Assembly: GCA_038142325.1 (NCBI GenBank)
Contig: JAYQJW010000002.1
Location: 96,001 to 160,000 of the forward strand
Source of the DNA: Gammaproteobacteria bacterium
GTDB taxonomy: Bacteria; Pseudomonadota; Gammaproteobacteria; GCA-002705445; GCA-002716945
Length of the DNA: 64,000 nucleotides
Direction: 5' to 3'
Of this stretch, positions 1-10,514 are shown piece after piece. The notes under the pieces were generated by a model. That model was not told the DNA's origin. It searched no databases and saw nothing but the letters and a program-made list of their open reading frames with translations. Both the position numbers and the translations under genes were made by a program. Each line of letters starts with the position of its first letter. Within the stretch, counting starts at the first letter, position 1.

Positions 1-84
1 ATAGTTAAAAAATCTCTTACAATAGCTTCAGATATTTGTATATACACTAACGCAAACTTAACTATAGAGAAGATCAATGTCTGA
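1..84 (+). CDS. hslV: ATP-dependent protease subunit HslV, C-terminal fragment (truncated by window edge)
   Basis: Frame 1 reads [27 protein letters not shown], with the HslV C-terminal DICIYTN motif; overlaps the hslU start. Confidence 0.9.
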   Translation: MVKKSLTIASDICIYTNANLTIEKINV

Positions 85-1416
85 AATGACTCCAAGAGAA
101 GTTGTGCAAGAGCTTGATAAACACATAATAGGCCAATCTGATGCGAAAAGGGCGGTAGCTATAGCTCTAAGAAACAGATGGAGAAGGCTTCAATTGTCAG
201 AGAAAATGAGCAATGAAATTACACCTAAAAATATATTAATGATCGGTCCTACAGGAGTAGGTAAGACCGAGATAGCAAGAAGACTTGCAAAACTTGCCAA
301 GGCTCCATTTATAAAAGTAGAGGCTACAAAATTTACAGAAGTGGGTTATGTTGGCAAAGAAGTAGATTCAATAATTAGGGATTTAACTGAATTAGCAATT
401 ACTCAAGTAAAATCAGAGGCCATGTCAAAGGTTAGGCACAGAGCAGAAGAAATTGCAGAGGAAATAATATTAGATAGACTCCTACCATCAAGAGATAACG
501 ACCTTGTGCAAGGACTAAATGATGCTGACAAAGAAGATAATAAGAGCACGCGTCAAACTCTTAGAAAAGACTTACGAGAGGGCAAACTAGATGATAAAGA
601 AATTGAAATAGATGTTAATACAGCATTGCCTTCATTTGAAGTAATGGCACCTCCAGGCATGGAAGAAATGACCGATCAACTTCAGGGCATGTTTAAGAAT
701 TTATCTAACAACAAAACTAAACCTCAAAAAACAAAAATAAAAGATGCAATAAAATATTATCTGAACAAGAGGCCAGAAAATTAGTTAATGACAATGATCT
801 TAAGCAAGAAGCTATTCAAAAAGTTGAACAGAGCGGAATAGTATTTATTGATGAAATTGACAAAGTTGCATCTCGAGCTAATGCTGGGGGAGCAGATGTT
901 TCTAGAGAAGGAGTACAAAGGGATCTATTACCCTTGGTAGAGGGTTGTACTGTTAATACAAAACATGGTCCTATAAAAACTGATCACATTCTGTTTATTG
1001 CCTCTGGAGCATTTCATCTCTCAAAGCCCTCAGATCTTATTCCAGAGTTACAAGGCAGACTTCCTATAAGAGTTGAACTAAATGCTTTATCTATAGATGA
1101 CTTTAAGTCTATACTTGTAGAGCCTGATTATTCACTTACTCAACAATATAAAGCGTTAATGGATACAGAAGGCATTGACGTTACTTTTGATAATAGCGCT
1201 ATTGATAGATTGTCAACAATAGCATGGACGGTAAATGAAAAAACTGAGAACATAGGAGCAAGAAGACTGCATACTATTATGGAAAGACTTCTAGAAAACC
1301 TTTCATTTGATGCAAGTGATTTGAAAGAAACAAAGATTACTATTGACCAAGACTACGTCGATAAATATTTAAATGAATTTGCAGATAATGAGGACTTAAG
1401 CAGGTACATTTTATGA
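77..1416 (+). CDS. hslU: HslU AAA+ ATPase (frameshifted near 751)
   Basis: [23 protein letters not shown]; the alternate frame from ~755 gives IVFIDEIDK...[17 protein letters not shown]; C-term NIGARRLHT...LSRYIL. One A appears to be missing in an A-run. Confidence 0.96.
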
Positions 1417-1769
1417 TAAGACCAACTGAGTTAAGATATATAAAAAAAACTAATATATTATCGATCACATTCGAAGATGGTTATAGCAGCAATATGACAT
1501 CTGAATATCTAAGATGTTTTTCTCCATCTGCAGAAGTTAAAGGGCACGGACCAGGTCAAGAAAAACTTCAAATAAATAAAGAGGATGTTGCTATAGATAA
1601 ATTAGAGCCCGTTGGTAACTATGCAGTGAGAATAATTTTTGATGATGGCCATGACACAGGACTCTATTCTTGGGAGCATCTATATAATCTTTGTAAAAAT
1701 TATAAAGATAATTGGCATAATTATCTTGAGAGACTTAAGGAAGCTGGTCATACGAGAAAAAAACCATGA
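1413..1769 (+). CDS. DUF971 (GBBH-like N-terminal) family protein
   Basis: [39 protein letters not shown]; usual position after hslU. Confidence 0.88.
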   Translation: MIRPTELRYIKKTNILSITFEDGYSSNMTSEYLRCFSPSAEVKGHGPGQEKLQINKEDVAIDKLEPVGNYAVRIIFDDGHDTGLYSWEHLYNLCKNYKDNWHNYLERLKEAGHTRKKP

Positions 1770-2149
1770 CAAAGAAACAAATTACATGTGATAAAGCACC
1801 ATCAGCTATTGGTACATATTCTCAAGCTATTACAGCAGGAAAATTTACATTTGTTTCTGGACAGATACCGCTTAATTATACTGACATGAGCATTGTATTA
1901 GGTTCATTTGAAGATCAGGCTGAGGTAGTAATGAATAATCTTAAACATATTGCAGAGTCAGCTGGGTGTAGTCTTGATAATTGTGTTAAATTTACAGTCT
2001 ATCTAAAAAATCTAGAAAACTTTTCAAAAGTTAACGCAGTTATGGAAGCGTATCTATCTGAGCCATATCCTGCTCGTGCAGCTGTTGAAGTGAGCAGACT
2101 TCCTAAAGACGTAGAAATAGAGGTTGATGCAATTTTATACAAAGACTAA
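1766..2149 (+). CDS. ridA: RidA reactive-intermediate deaminase
   Basis: APSAIGTYSQA, SGQIP, YPARAAVEVSRLPK. Confidence 0.92.
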   Translation: MTKKQITCDKAPSAIGTYSQAITAGKFTFVSGQIPLNYTDMSIVLGSFEDQAEVVMNNLKHIAESAGCSLDNCVKFTVYLKNLENFSKVNAVMEAYLSEPYPARAAVEVSRLPKDVEIEVDAILYKD

Positions 2150-2152
2150 ATA

Positions 2153-4204
2153 ATGCAATCAAAATCTGACGAATTATCTCAGAGTGTTTCATCTTTAAAA
2201 GGTATTGGTCCAAAAACTAGAGATCTTTTTAATCAATTAGGAATTTATTCAATTTTTGATCTTCTTACCACTATCCCTAACAGCTTATCTGATAAAAGAG
2301 AAGTTGAATTATTAAGTCAAATTGATAACGGTGACAATGTAGTTCTGTCTGGTGAGATAATTAATACATCAAGAACTAAAGGGCTACAAACCAAACTACA
2401 TATTAACAGTCAGGTCTGATACAGGGATATTTAATGTACGATTTATTCATAAAATCGTTGTTTTTCTAAATTTACAAGTTGGAATGTCTATACGTATAGA
2501 AGGAAAAGCCATTAAAAAAAGCACTAAGCTTGAATTCATTCATCCAGAAGTTGAAATCATTCAAAAAAATAAATCATTGGCAAACATACTCCCAAAATAT
2601 TCAACGAAAGGAAAAATATCACAACAAAAAATGAGAAAAGCTATCCATGAAGCCTTTATAATGCTTTCAAAAGAATTATGAATTTACATGTCTTGATATT
2701 TTATTTAATAATGATTTTAATTTTATGTCACTTCTCAAAGCTGTTAAAAAGCTTCATTATCCTGATGGTGATTATGATGATGCCATCAATGAATTTCAAA
2801 GCGCTAAAGAAAGATTAGTTTTAGAGGAAATATATCTTCATAAACATGAGCTTCTGAAAACGTTGTCTAATTATTCAGGCAAACCATCGTATCTAATCAA
2901 TACAGAGCAGAAAGAGATAAATCTTTTTATTGACTCTTTATCATTTTCTCTAACAAAAGGTCAACAAAGCGCTATTGATGATATAAATCAATCTTTACAA
3001 TCTGAAAAATCCAGCTAAATTCCTCATACAAGGGGATGTAGGCTGTGGTAAAACTATTGTTGCTCTAGTAGCTTGTTTTAATGTAGTTAAAAATGGTTAT
3101 CAATGTTTAGTCTTAGTTCCAACCGAAGTATTATGTAATCAACATTTTGATACATTCAAAACTTATCTTGGATCTTTAGTTAACGTTGTTTCTATGAGCG
3201 GTAAAGACTCAAAGAACAAAAAAGCTGATATCAAAAAACAACTAAAATCTGGCGCAATTTCCGTTTTAATTTGTACTCATGCTATTTTACATGACGATTA
3301 CTTATTTAATAATCTTGCCCTTGTTATTATTGATGAGCAGCATAAATTTGGTGTTAAACAACGTGAAAAAATAACATCTAATCATGAAAGGCAGCCACAT
3401 ATAATTCATATGTCTGCAACACCTATACCAAGAACATTAGCTCTTGTGCTTTATGAAAATATGAAATATGTAAAAATTTCAGATAGACCGTATAATCGTC
3501 TCGAGACAATAACAAAGATATTCAATAGTAATCAAAGGCAATCTGTTTATGATGTTGTAAATAATCATCTAAGACATAACACTCAAGTTTATTGGGTTTG
3601 TACTCGTGTTGAGGATAACGATGATAATCAACAATCAATCAAAAGCTTTCATGAGGTTATTAGAGCACAATTCTCAAACTATAAGTGCGATATACTTCAC
3701 GGAAATATGTCTTCAGAGGATAAAATTGAAATTATTAATAAATTTAAAAATGGAATGATTGATATATTAATTGCTACTAGTGTTATAGAAGTGGGTGTTG
3801 ATTGCCCAAATGCTAACTGTCTTGTTATAGAAAATTCAGAAATGTTTGGATTATCACAATTACATCAGCTAAGAGGCAGAGTAGGACGTGGTCATGCTCA
3901 AGGATATTGTTACTTATTGCATACTGAACACATAAAGAATGATTCAATTGAAAAACTCAATTACTTAAGTAAAACAGATTCTGGTTTTGAGATTGCAGAA
4001 TATGACCTTAAAAACAGAGGTTCTGGCACATATTTAGGGAACAGACAATCAGGAATGCCAGATAACTATAGGGTTACCAACATAAATGATCTTATGGACA
4101 ATATTCATTACATAAAAAAATTTACATATGACCTCGCTTCTGAAAAAATTAGCATTCTTAAGAATAGATGGAAAATAAAAAAGGTAAATGAAATACAACT
4201 ATAA
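2153..4204 (+). CDS. recG: ATP-dependent DNA helicase RecG (several indels, ~2382, ~2670-2700, ~3008)
   Basis: Fragments give LKGIGPK, LIQGDVGCGKT, IIDEQHKFGVKQR, MSATPIPRTL, FGLSQLHQLRGRVGRG. Confidence 0.93.
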
Positions 4205-4695
4205 AAAAAGATGGCTTGTTGAGAAAAAGCTTAAAGGTCTACAAGAAAATCTCAAAAGGATATTAATTGATAACTCATCACTCACAAGTAGAGTGGCTGA
4301 AAAGAAGAATCCAATAAAACTTATCTCTTCTAGAACATATTTAACTAAACAAAAAGATAAATCTTCAAAAAAGTATTCGCTTGTTAGGGAAGTAAAAATA
4401 CAAGGCTATCTTGATAACGATGTAATAGCAAAATCAACTATTCCTATTCAGCAAATAACAGGTCAATTGACCTATATAAAATTTCTAGGAAATAAATCAC
4501 TTGCAACACTTCTTTTTTAAAAAACCTATTTTCTTCAAAGAGTCTATTGAGTATATTGTTAAACAAAACCATGTAGTAAGAATTACTTTTTTCAAAAGAA
4601 AAAAACATACCATCAAAGTTGAAGAAAGGTTTCCTATACATAATAACTATGAGTATATGAATCTAATTAAATGTAGACAAAATATCATTTATTGA
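4188..4695 (+). CDS. ubiC: Chorismate pyruvate-lyase UbiC, divergent (frameshift in T-run ~4515)
   Basis: SSLTSRV, LVREVKI, AKSTIP, LGNKSLATLLF, C-term R..F....VEERFP; recG-ubiC synteny. Confidence 0.72.
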
Positions 4696-5310
4696 TGAAT
4701 GCATCACAATATTTTTTCTCTTACTGAATTCCTCATTTCCTAGATAAACTGCTCCACTAATGCCCGCAGATAGACCAACTAAGATATTTTTTATAGTGTC
4801 TTCAATAAGTATTGTTTTTTTAAAGTCTAGTTGATACTTTGAACGAAGCATATACCAAAGCTGAATATCTTCTTTTACGTAATGCAATTCATGTGCACAT
4901 ACCATGTCATCAAAATATGGAGATAAATCATATTTTTTCAATTTAATATTAAGCGTTTTACGGTGAGCATTTGTTATTAAAATAATTTTCCTGTCTTTTT
5001 TTATCTTCTTCAAAATATCAAAAACACCATCATATAATTTAATTTTATCGTAACTCTCTGGCAATCTTTTCTGTTCTTCTATATCTATGCCCAACATATT
5101 TGACCAGTAATCTAAATCATACCAATCCATCGTATTTTTTTTATAATTAAATATTTGTACAGCTAATCTTTTAGCATCTTCAAAACTACACCCCTTCTTA
5201 TCTGCAAGAACTGCAGGTATCTGGTTTTGCCAAAAATTATTGTCATATGTATTATCCAATATAACTCCATCCATATCGAATAAGATGCACTCTGTCTCTT
5301 TAAATATCAT
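4663..5310 (-). CDS. yrfG: HAD hydrolase, GMP/IMP nucleotidase YrfG-like
   Basis: LFDMDGVILD, DNNFW, WYDLDYWS, LITNAH; divergent from nudE as in E. coli. Confidence 0.85.
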   Translation of the reverse strand: MIFKETECILFDMDGVILDNTYDNNFWQNQIPAVLADKKGCSFEDAKRLAVQIFNYKKNTMDWYDLDYWSNMLGIDIEEQKRLPESYDKIKLYDGVFDILKKIKKDRKIILITNAHRKTLNIKLKKYDLSPYFDDMVCAHELHYVKEDIQLWYMLRSKYQLDFKKTILIEDTIKNILVGLSAGISGAVYLGNEEFSKRKNIVMHSSINDILSTFN

Positions 5311-5317
5311 ATCTCTT

Positions 5318-5326
5318 ACTGTATCA
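5318..5326 (-). promoter_or_regulatory. Extended -10 (TGaTACAGT) 7 nt before the yrfG ATG
   Basis: Minus strand TGATACAGT-aagagat-ATG within a 37-bp divergent gap; no SD. Confidence 0.5.
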
Positions 5327-5347
5327 TTTTCTTCAACTTATCACATC

Positions 5348-5878
5348 ATGCCAAAAATTATCAAACAATCACCTATTTTCAAGAGTAAACTTTTTACCAT
5401 CAACGAAGCCCAGATACAATTTGAAAAAAAAGTGCTTAATTATGAAATTATAGCTGGAACAGGAAAAGGTGCTGTTTTAATCATTCCTATTCTTGATGAG
5501 TGCGTGCTATTCATTAAGGAATACGCTTCAGGTGTTGATGATTATATGATAACTCTTCCTAAAGGTAAGATTGATGACAATGAAGACATGTATGCAGCAG
5601 CAAACCGTGAACTCCAGGAAGAAGTAGGATATAAATCTAATAATATTAAATTCATACAAAAGATATATCTTGCACCTGGTTATATAAGTCACGTTACCAA
5701 TATGATGACTGCAGATAAACTTGAGAAGTCTACTCTTGTAGGCGATGAACCTGAAGCTCTTGAGGTTCACAAAATACAAATATCTCAGATAAATTCATTT
5801 TTAAAAGATTATAAAATTATAGATTCTCGTGTTTTTGCAGCTGTAAATTATTTAGAAACAAGATATGGAAAAATTTAG
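5348..5878 (+). CDS. nudE: ADP-compounds hydrolase NudE
   Basis: Nudix box LPKGKID...AANRELQEEVGY, LAPGY, GDEPEALEV; true start probably ATG 5348. Confidence 0.88.
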   Translation: MPKIIKQSPIFKSKLFTINEAQIQFEKKVLNYEIIAGTGKGAVLIIPILDECVLFIKEYASGVDDYMITLPKGKIDDNEDMYAAANRELQEEVGYKSNNIKFIQKIYLAPGYISHVTNMMTADKLEKSTLVGDEPEALEVHKIQISQINSFLKDYKIIDSRVFAAVNYLETRYGKI

Positions 5879-6659
5879 AAATTCAATTGATGGATTTGTA
5901 GAACTTTGTACTAAAGTTGGGCTCATACAGGTAAATGGCCAACAAGATTTAAAAATAGATTTTAAGTCAGATAAATCACCAGTAACAAATATTGATTTGT
6001 TATCAAATGAAATGATCGTAGACTACTTATCCAAAGAGTTTTCAGATGATGTTGTTATATCTGAAGAGAGTATCAAAAAAGTAGGACATGCTGACTCGTA
6101 TTGGTTAATTGATCCAATTGATGGAACAAAGGATTATATAAAAGGCGGTAGCCAATATTGTATTTGTCTATCATACATTGAAAACAACTATCCTGTTTTT
6201 GGTATAATTTATATTCCCTCAACAAAAGATTTTTTTTATGGCATTAAAGGCCATGGATCTTATTTAATAAATAGCTCACATAAATCGACCCGACTTAATG
6301 TAAATAGACAGATTGAGGATAATATCTATGTTAGCACTACAATTAGAAAAAGTGTTTCGAGTATATTAACTGCCAATTTCTCAAATTCAACGATGATTTA
6401 TTTATCAAGCGCAATAAAGTTTTCATGTATTGCACAAGGTATGGGACATTTTTCACTAAGATTAGGACCAACATATGAATGGGATACAGCTGCTGGTCAA
6501 TGTATTATTGAAGAGTCAGGGGGGCAATTTTTAGACAAAAACCTTAAGAGGTTTTCATATGGAAAAGATACTAATTATTTAAACGGCCCGTTTTTCATAT
6601 TTAATGGTGAATTGACTACATACAAAAATACAATCAATCAGTGCCTTTCTTTGATTTAA
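5865..6659 (+). CDS. cysQ: 3'(2'),5'-bisphosphate nucleotidase CysQ
   Basis: KSDKSPVT, ISEE, WLIDPIDGTKDY, RLGPTYEWDTAAGQ. Confidence 0.92.
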   Translation: MEKFRNSIDGFVELCTKVGLIQVNGQQDLKIDFKSDKSPVTNIDLLSNEMIVDYLSKEFSDDVVISEESIKKVGHADSYWLIDPIDGTKDYIKGGSQYCICLSYIENNYPVFGIIYIPSTKDFFYGIKGHGSYLINSSHKSTRLNVNRQIEDNIYVSTTIRKSVSSILTANFSNSTMIYLSSAIKFSCIAQGMGHFSLRLGPTYEWDTAAGQCIIEESGGQFLDKNLKRFSYGKDTNYLNGPFFIFNGELTTYKNTINQCLSLI

Positions 6660-6777
6660 TTGATTTCTCATAAGCCTTCTTGTTCATCATTTTCATTAGC
6701 TTGTATTTACCTTGGACGCTTTTGCACCAAGTAATGATTGTTTTTTCATATTCTTTTAATTTATTATTAGCCGCCAT
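6634..6777 (-). CDS. Possible 47-aa basic small protein
   Basis: MAANNKLKEYEKTIITWCKSVQGKYKLMKMMNKKAYEKSIKSKKGTD* fills one of the few >100-bp gaps; no recognisable motif. Confidence 0.35.
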   Translation of the reverse strand: MAANNKLKEYEKTIITWCKSVQGKYKLMKMMNKKAYEKSIKSKKGTD

Positions 6778-6809
6778 AGAATTATTTGTATGTTATTATT
6801 TTTATGATT

Positions 6810-7535
6810 ATGTTTAAGACTTTATTATCCAAGATTTCCCCTGAAGGCTATTATAAATTTACTTCATTGATAATACCATGGCTTCTTTCTTTTGCTTTTA
6901 TATTTATTTCATATGGTTTATATCAAGGCTTATTTATTGCGCCGCCAGATTATCAACAGGGAGATGCATTCAGAATTATGTATGTCCATGTACCAAGCGC
7001 ATGGATATCTTTATTTGCATATTCTGTCGTTTTTATATCAGCCGTCATCTCACTAATATGGCATGTGAAAGTGTATGATGTGATCTTGTTAGCGTCTTGT
7101 AAACTCGGCGCTGTCTTCACTGTTTTCACTTTAGTCACAGGAGCTATCTGGGGCAAGCCTATGTGGGGTACATGGTGGGCATGGGATGCAAGATTGACTT
7201 CGGAGTTAATATTATTTTTTATATACATATCTATTTTACTATTACATGGCTCATTTGATGATAAAAAAAAGGCATCGTCTGCAGTAAATATTCTAGCAAT
7301 AGTTGGTTTCATAAATATTCCAATCATTCATTTTTCTGTCGAATGGTGGAATACTCTTCATCAAGGTCCATCTGTCATTAAGCTGAGTGCGCCTAGTATT
7401 GCAGCGGACATGTTGACACCTCTAATTGTAACCGCACTTGGATTCACATTATTCTTTTTAGGCACTATGTTGAAATCATCTCAGAATATTCTTCTTGAAT
7501 ATGAGAAAAATAAATTATGGGTTAAGTCAATCTAG
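6810..7535 (+). CDS. ccmC: Heme chaperone/exporter CcmC
   Basis: PDYQQGDAFRIMYVHVP, WWD motif GAIWGKPMWGTWWAWDARLTSEL, SVEWWNTLHQ. Confidence 0.95.
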   Translation: MFKTLLSKISPEGYYKFTSLIIPWLLSFAFIFISYGLYQGLFIAPPDYQQGDAFRIMYVHVPSAWISLFAYSVVFISAVISLIWHVKVYDVILLASCKLGAVFTVFTLVTGAIWGKPMWGTWWAWDARLTSELILFFIYISILLLHGSFDDKKKASSAVNILAIVGFINIPIIHFSVEWWNTLHQGPSVIKLSAPSIAADMLTPLIVTALGFTLFFLGTMLKSSQNILLEYEKNKLWVKSI

Positions 7536-8198
7536 ACTATTCTTTACACCAAATGATGCTGCAAATGGAGCAATCACCAAAAATAGAATCAATAGTAATA
7601 GCATGAATAATAATTCAGAATCATAATTCAAACCAATTGACGAATTATAAATAGCGCTTGTTCCAAAAATCAAGACTGGTATATCTAGAGGCAAAACTAT
7701 AGTTGATAGGAGAAGACCATTACCTTTCAAGCTTAATGTCAAAGATGATGCTATTGAACCAATTAGTGATATTGTCAAACTACCTATCATTAAGCTAATA
7801 AAAAGGGTTATAGAAACTGAGAGATTTCCTGTTAACAAAAAGTTTATTAGAAAGGCAATTATTACTAACGGTAGTATAGAAAACAACCAATGTGATAATA
7901 CTTTGGCAAGTATACAAATTTCTAGCATATCAGAGTTAATAACAATTCTATCGAGCGTCCCATCTTCATAGTCATCCTTAAACATAATCTCTATATTTAG
8001 TAGACTCACCAATAAACATGAAAGCCAAATAATTTGAGTTAGAATTTTATCATAGCCACCCAATACAGTTCCTTCTAAACTAATTGAAAAAAACGTAATT
8101 ATCAGAAATAAATAAACAACCGGCATGAATATACGAGAGTTAGAGTTTAGAATAACTCTCATGTCTCTCAGAATAATTGAATTAAACTTATTCAGCAT
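7527..8198 (-). CDS. ccmB: Heme exporter permease CcmB
   Basis: FKDDYEDGTLD, LAKVLSHWL, LPLDIPVLIFG; multi-TM. Confidence 0.92.
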   Translation of the reverse strand: MLNKFNSIILRDMRVILNSNSRIFMPVVYLFLIITFFSISLEGTVLGGYDKILTQIIWLSCLLVSLLNIEIMFKDDYEDGTLDRIVINSDMLEICILAKVLSHWLFSILPLVIIAFLINFLLTGNLSVSITLFISLMIGSLTISLIGSIASSLTLSLKGNGLLLSTIVLPLDIPVLIFGTSAIYNSSIGLNYDSELLFMLLLLILFLVIAPFAASFGVKNSLD

Positions 8199-8785
8199 AG
8201 TTCTATATTTTTAAATTTATTTTTTGGTGAATGACTTGTTATTATTACGGTCCCATTGTCATTAATATGATTTTGCATTTTTTCAAAAAGAATAGAGGCT
8301 TTATCTTGATCAAGTCCAGTAAACGGTTCGTCAAGAATCCAAACTTTGAAATAACTAATTGTCAGCTGTATCATGCTTATAATTTTTTTTTGCCCATGAG
8401 ATAAATATTTAACTTGCAGATTCGATAATGATTGCATGGCATATGATTCTAATTCTGAAATTATAGAGCTGATTTTTTTTGTGCTTGAAAAGCTCATAGC
8501 ATATTCAAGATTTTGAAGAACCGTGAGTTCATTTTTTAGACCATATTTGTGACCCACATAAAAAATATCGTCACTGATATCTAAGTCTGAGTGGAATAAT
8601 ATTTCGCCTTCAGTTGGTTTGCTTAGCTTAGTTACTAATTTCAAAAGCGATGTCTTGCCACACCCATTCTCACCGTAGAAATTTATTATCTCACTTTCAC
8701 TAATATCTACAGAATAGTTTTTTATGATATCTTTATCTTGTTTAGTTAAGCTAACATTTTTGAGGCTTATTAGAGGAGTGTTCAC
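8192..8785 (-). CDS. ccmA: Heme exporter ATP-binding protein CcmA
   Basis: GENGCGKTSLL, YVGHKYGLK, LSHGQKK, WILDEPFTGLD; upstream of ccmB. Confidence 0.9.
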   Translation of the reverse strand: MNTPLISLKNVSLTKQDKDIIKNYSVDISESEIINFYGENGCGKTSLLKLVTKLSKPTEGEILFHSDLDISDDIFYVGHKYGLKNELTVLQNLEYAMSFSSTKKISSIISELESYAMQSLSNLQVKYLSHGQKKIISMIQLTISYFKVWILDEPFTGLDQDKASILFEKMQNHINDNGTVIITSHSPKNKFKNIELC

Positions 8786-9262
8786 TTATAATAGCTCTGA
8801 TGAGGAGACAACAATTCCATCAGGATCAGAGTATAAAAAATCATTTTCTCTAAATACTATACCAGCAAATTTTAAATCTATTTTATACCGACCTATATCT
8901 TTTTTCTGACTTTTATTCGGAACAAGGTTAAGCGCTTTGATTGAAATCTTTATTTTGCTTATCTCAAGACTATCTCTTATACATCCATTAACAATAATAC
9001 CAGCCCAGTTATTTTTGGCTGCAATTGCAGCAAGATTGTCTCCAACTAAAGCACACTTCTCAGAACTTTTACCATCAACAACCATTATGCATCCTGTGCC
9101 GTCCTCCTGGAGTAATTTCTTAACATACGAGTTATCTTCTACAGCTTCGACAGTTCTTATTCTTCCGTGACAATGTGTATTAGCACCATAGGATTTGAAA
9201 GTTGGTTGCGCGATTGCAAGTTTATGATCATCACATAAATCTGCAGTATTAAAATTATTCAT
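8786..9262 (-). CDS. rraA: RraA family protein (RNase E regulator / HMG aldolase-like)
   Basis: TADLCD, EDNSYVK, ALVGDNLA, NGCIRD, DPDGIVV. Confidence 0.88.
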   Translation of the reverse strand: MNNFNTADLCDDHKLAIAQPTFKSYGANTHCHGRIRTVEAVEDNSYVKKLLQEDGTGCIMVVDGKSSEKCALVGDNLAAIAAKNNWAGIIVNGCIRDSLEISKIKISIKALNLVPNKSQKKDIGRYKIDLKFAGIVFRENDFLYSDPDGIVVSSSELL

Positions 9263-10514
9263 CTTTAATTATAAACTTTATTTTTTTTAATATTATCAGA
9301 GCAGGTATGGCTATTAAAGAACAAAAAATGAAGTAAAGGTCCCAGTTCAGCATTTCAACAAGATAACCAGATGTTCCTGATAAAAATGTTCTTGGTAAGG
9401 ACATTAGCGCAGTCATCAAAGCAAACTGAGTTGCCGTGAATTCTTTTGACGTCATGTGAGCAATAAATGCTAGGTAGGCTGTATATCCCATACCTGCAGC
9501 TAAATTTTCAAGGGATATGACAAGAATTAACATTAGTATATTATCACCTGCATAATATAAAACTGAGAATCCTAATGTAGCTATAAGTTGAAATACTCCA
9601 AAATATATAAGCGACCTATAAAGCCCTATTTTCAATGATAATATTCCGCCAAGAAACGCTCCTATTAAAGTTGCTCCCAATCCAAAAAATTTAACAATTG
9701 TTCCTATTTCAGTTTTTGTGAAGCCAATATCTAGGTAGAAATTTGTACTAAGAGAATGCGCCATTGTGTCACCTACTTTGTATAAAAGTATGAACAATAA
9801 AATAAAATAGGGAGTTAATATTTTCAGCTCACTTGATCTTGATGTAAATCGTGTAAAAAATTCCTTGAATGGTTCGATGATTGATTCGCCAAGAGTGTAG
9901 GGTTTCATATCAACCTCAGGTTCATCAGATAGTAGGGTTGTTACTACACCTAAAATCATTATTGAGGCCATTATTGAATAGACAAATGAGTAAGAAAAAA
10001 TATCTGCAAGTATTAATCCACCTGCTCCGGCCGCAAGAGCGCCGAACCTATAACCTAAAACATATGCGGAAGCCCCAATGGTCTGTTCATTTTCTCTTAA
10101 ACTTTCTCTCCTATATGCATCAATGACGATATCTTGTGAGGCAGAAAAAAAGGTAACTGCCAAAGATAACAAAGCAACATTATATAAATTAATAGAGGGC
10201 TGTGATTGACCCAAGAGAAAGATTGATGAGATAAGGAAAATCTGAGAGAGTAATAACCAGCCTCTTCTTCTTCCAAGGGCTGAGATAACATATCTGTCGA
10301 ACAATGGCGCCCAGAGAAACTTTAGAGAATACGGTAACCCGATTAACGCAAATAAACCAATTGTTGATTTTGAGATATTCTCATCAGTTAACCAGGCTTG
10401 AAGAAGTGTTATTGTTAGCAACAACGGAAGCCCAGAGACAAAGCCCATTATCAAGGAGATAATAATTCTTCTTTCTAAATAAGGTTCAATACTTTGTTTA
10501 AGAAAATTAATCAT
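9255..10514 (-). CDS. ampG: AmpG muropeptide MFS permease
   Basis: GFVSGLPLLL, PYSLKFLWAP, GRRRGW, SASQDIVIDAYR, FTATQFAL. Confidence 0.93.
   Translation of the reverse strand: MINFLKQSIEPYLERRIIISLIMGFVSGLPLLLTITLLQAWLTDENISKSTIGLFALIGLPYSLKFLWAPLFDRYVISALGRRRGWLLLSQIFLISSIFLLGQSQPSINLYNVALLSLAVTFFSASQDIVIDAYRRESLRENEQTIGASAYVLGYRFGALAAGAGGLILADIFSYSFVYSIMASIMILGVVTTLLSDEPEVDMKPYTLGESIIEPFKEFFTRFTSRSSELKILTPYFILLFILLYKVGDTMAHSLSTNFYLDIGFTKTEIGTIVKFFGLGATLIGAFLGGILSLKIGLYRSLIYFGVFQLIATLGFSVLYYAGDNILMLILVISLENLAAGMGYTAYLAFIAHMTSKEFTATQFALMTALMSLPRTFLSGTSGYLVEMLNWDLYFIFCSLIAIPALIILKKIKFIIKDE

Noticed and set aside
2153-4204. recG and other split genes as true pseudogenes or stop-codon recoding
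   Set aside because: Every premature stop is explained by a nearby 1-nt indel with conserved motifs resuming in another frame; TAA, TAG and TGA all end intact genes normally.
5240-5347. N-terminal extensions given by the ORF track for nudE (also algC, ilvA, pepP, zapB-like)
   Set aside because: They overlap neighbouring genes or promoters and precede the homologous N-terminus; downstream starts fit better.
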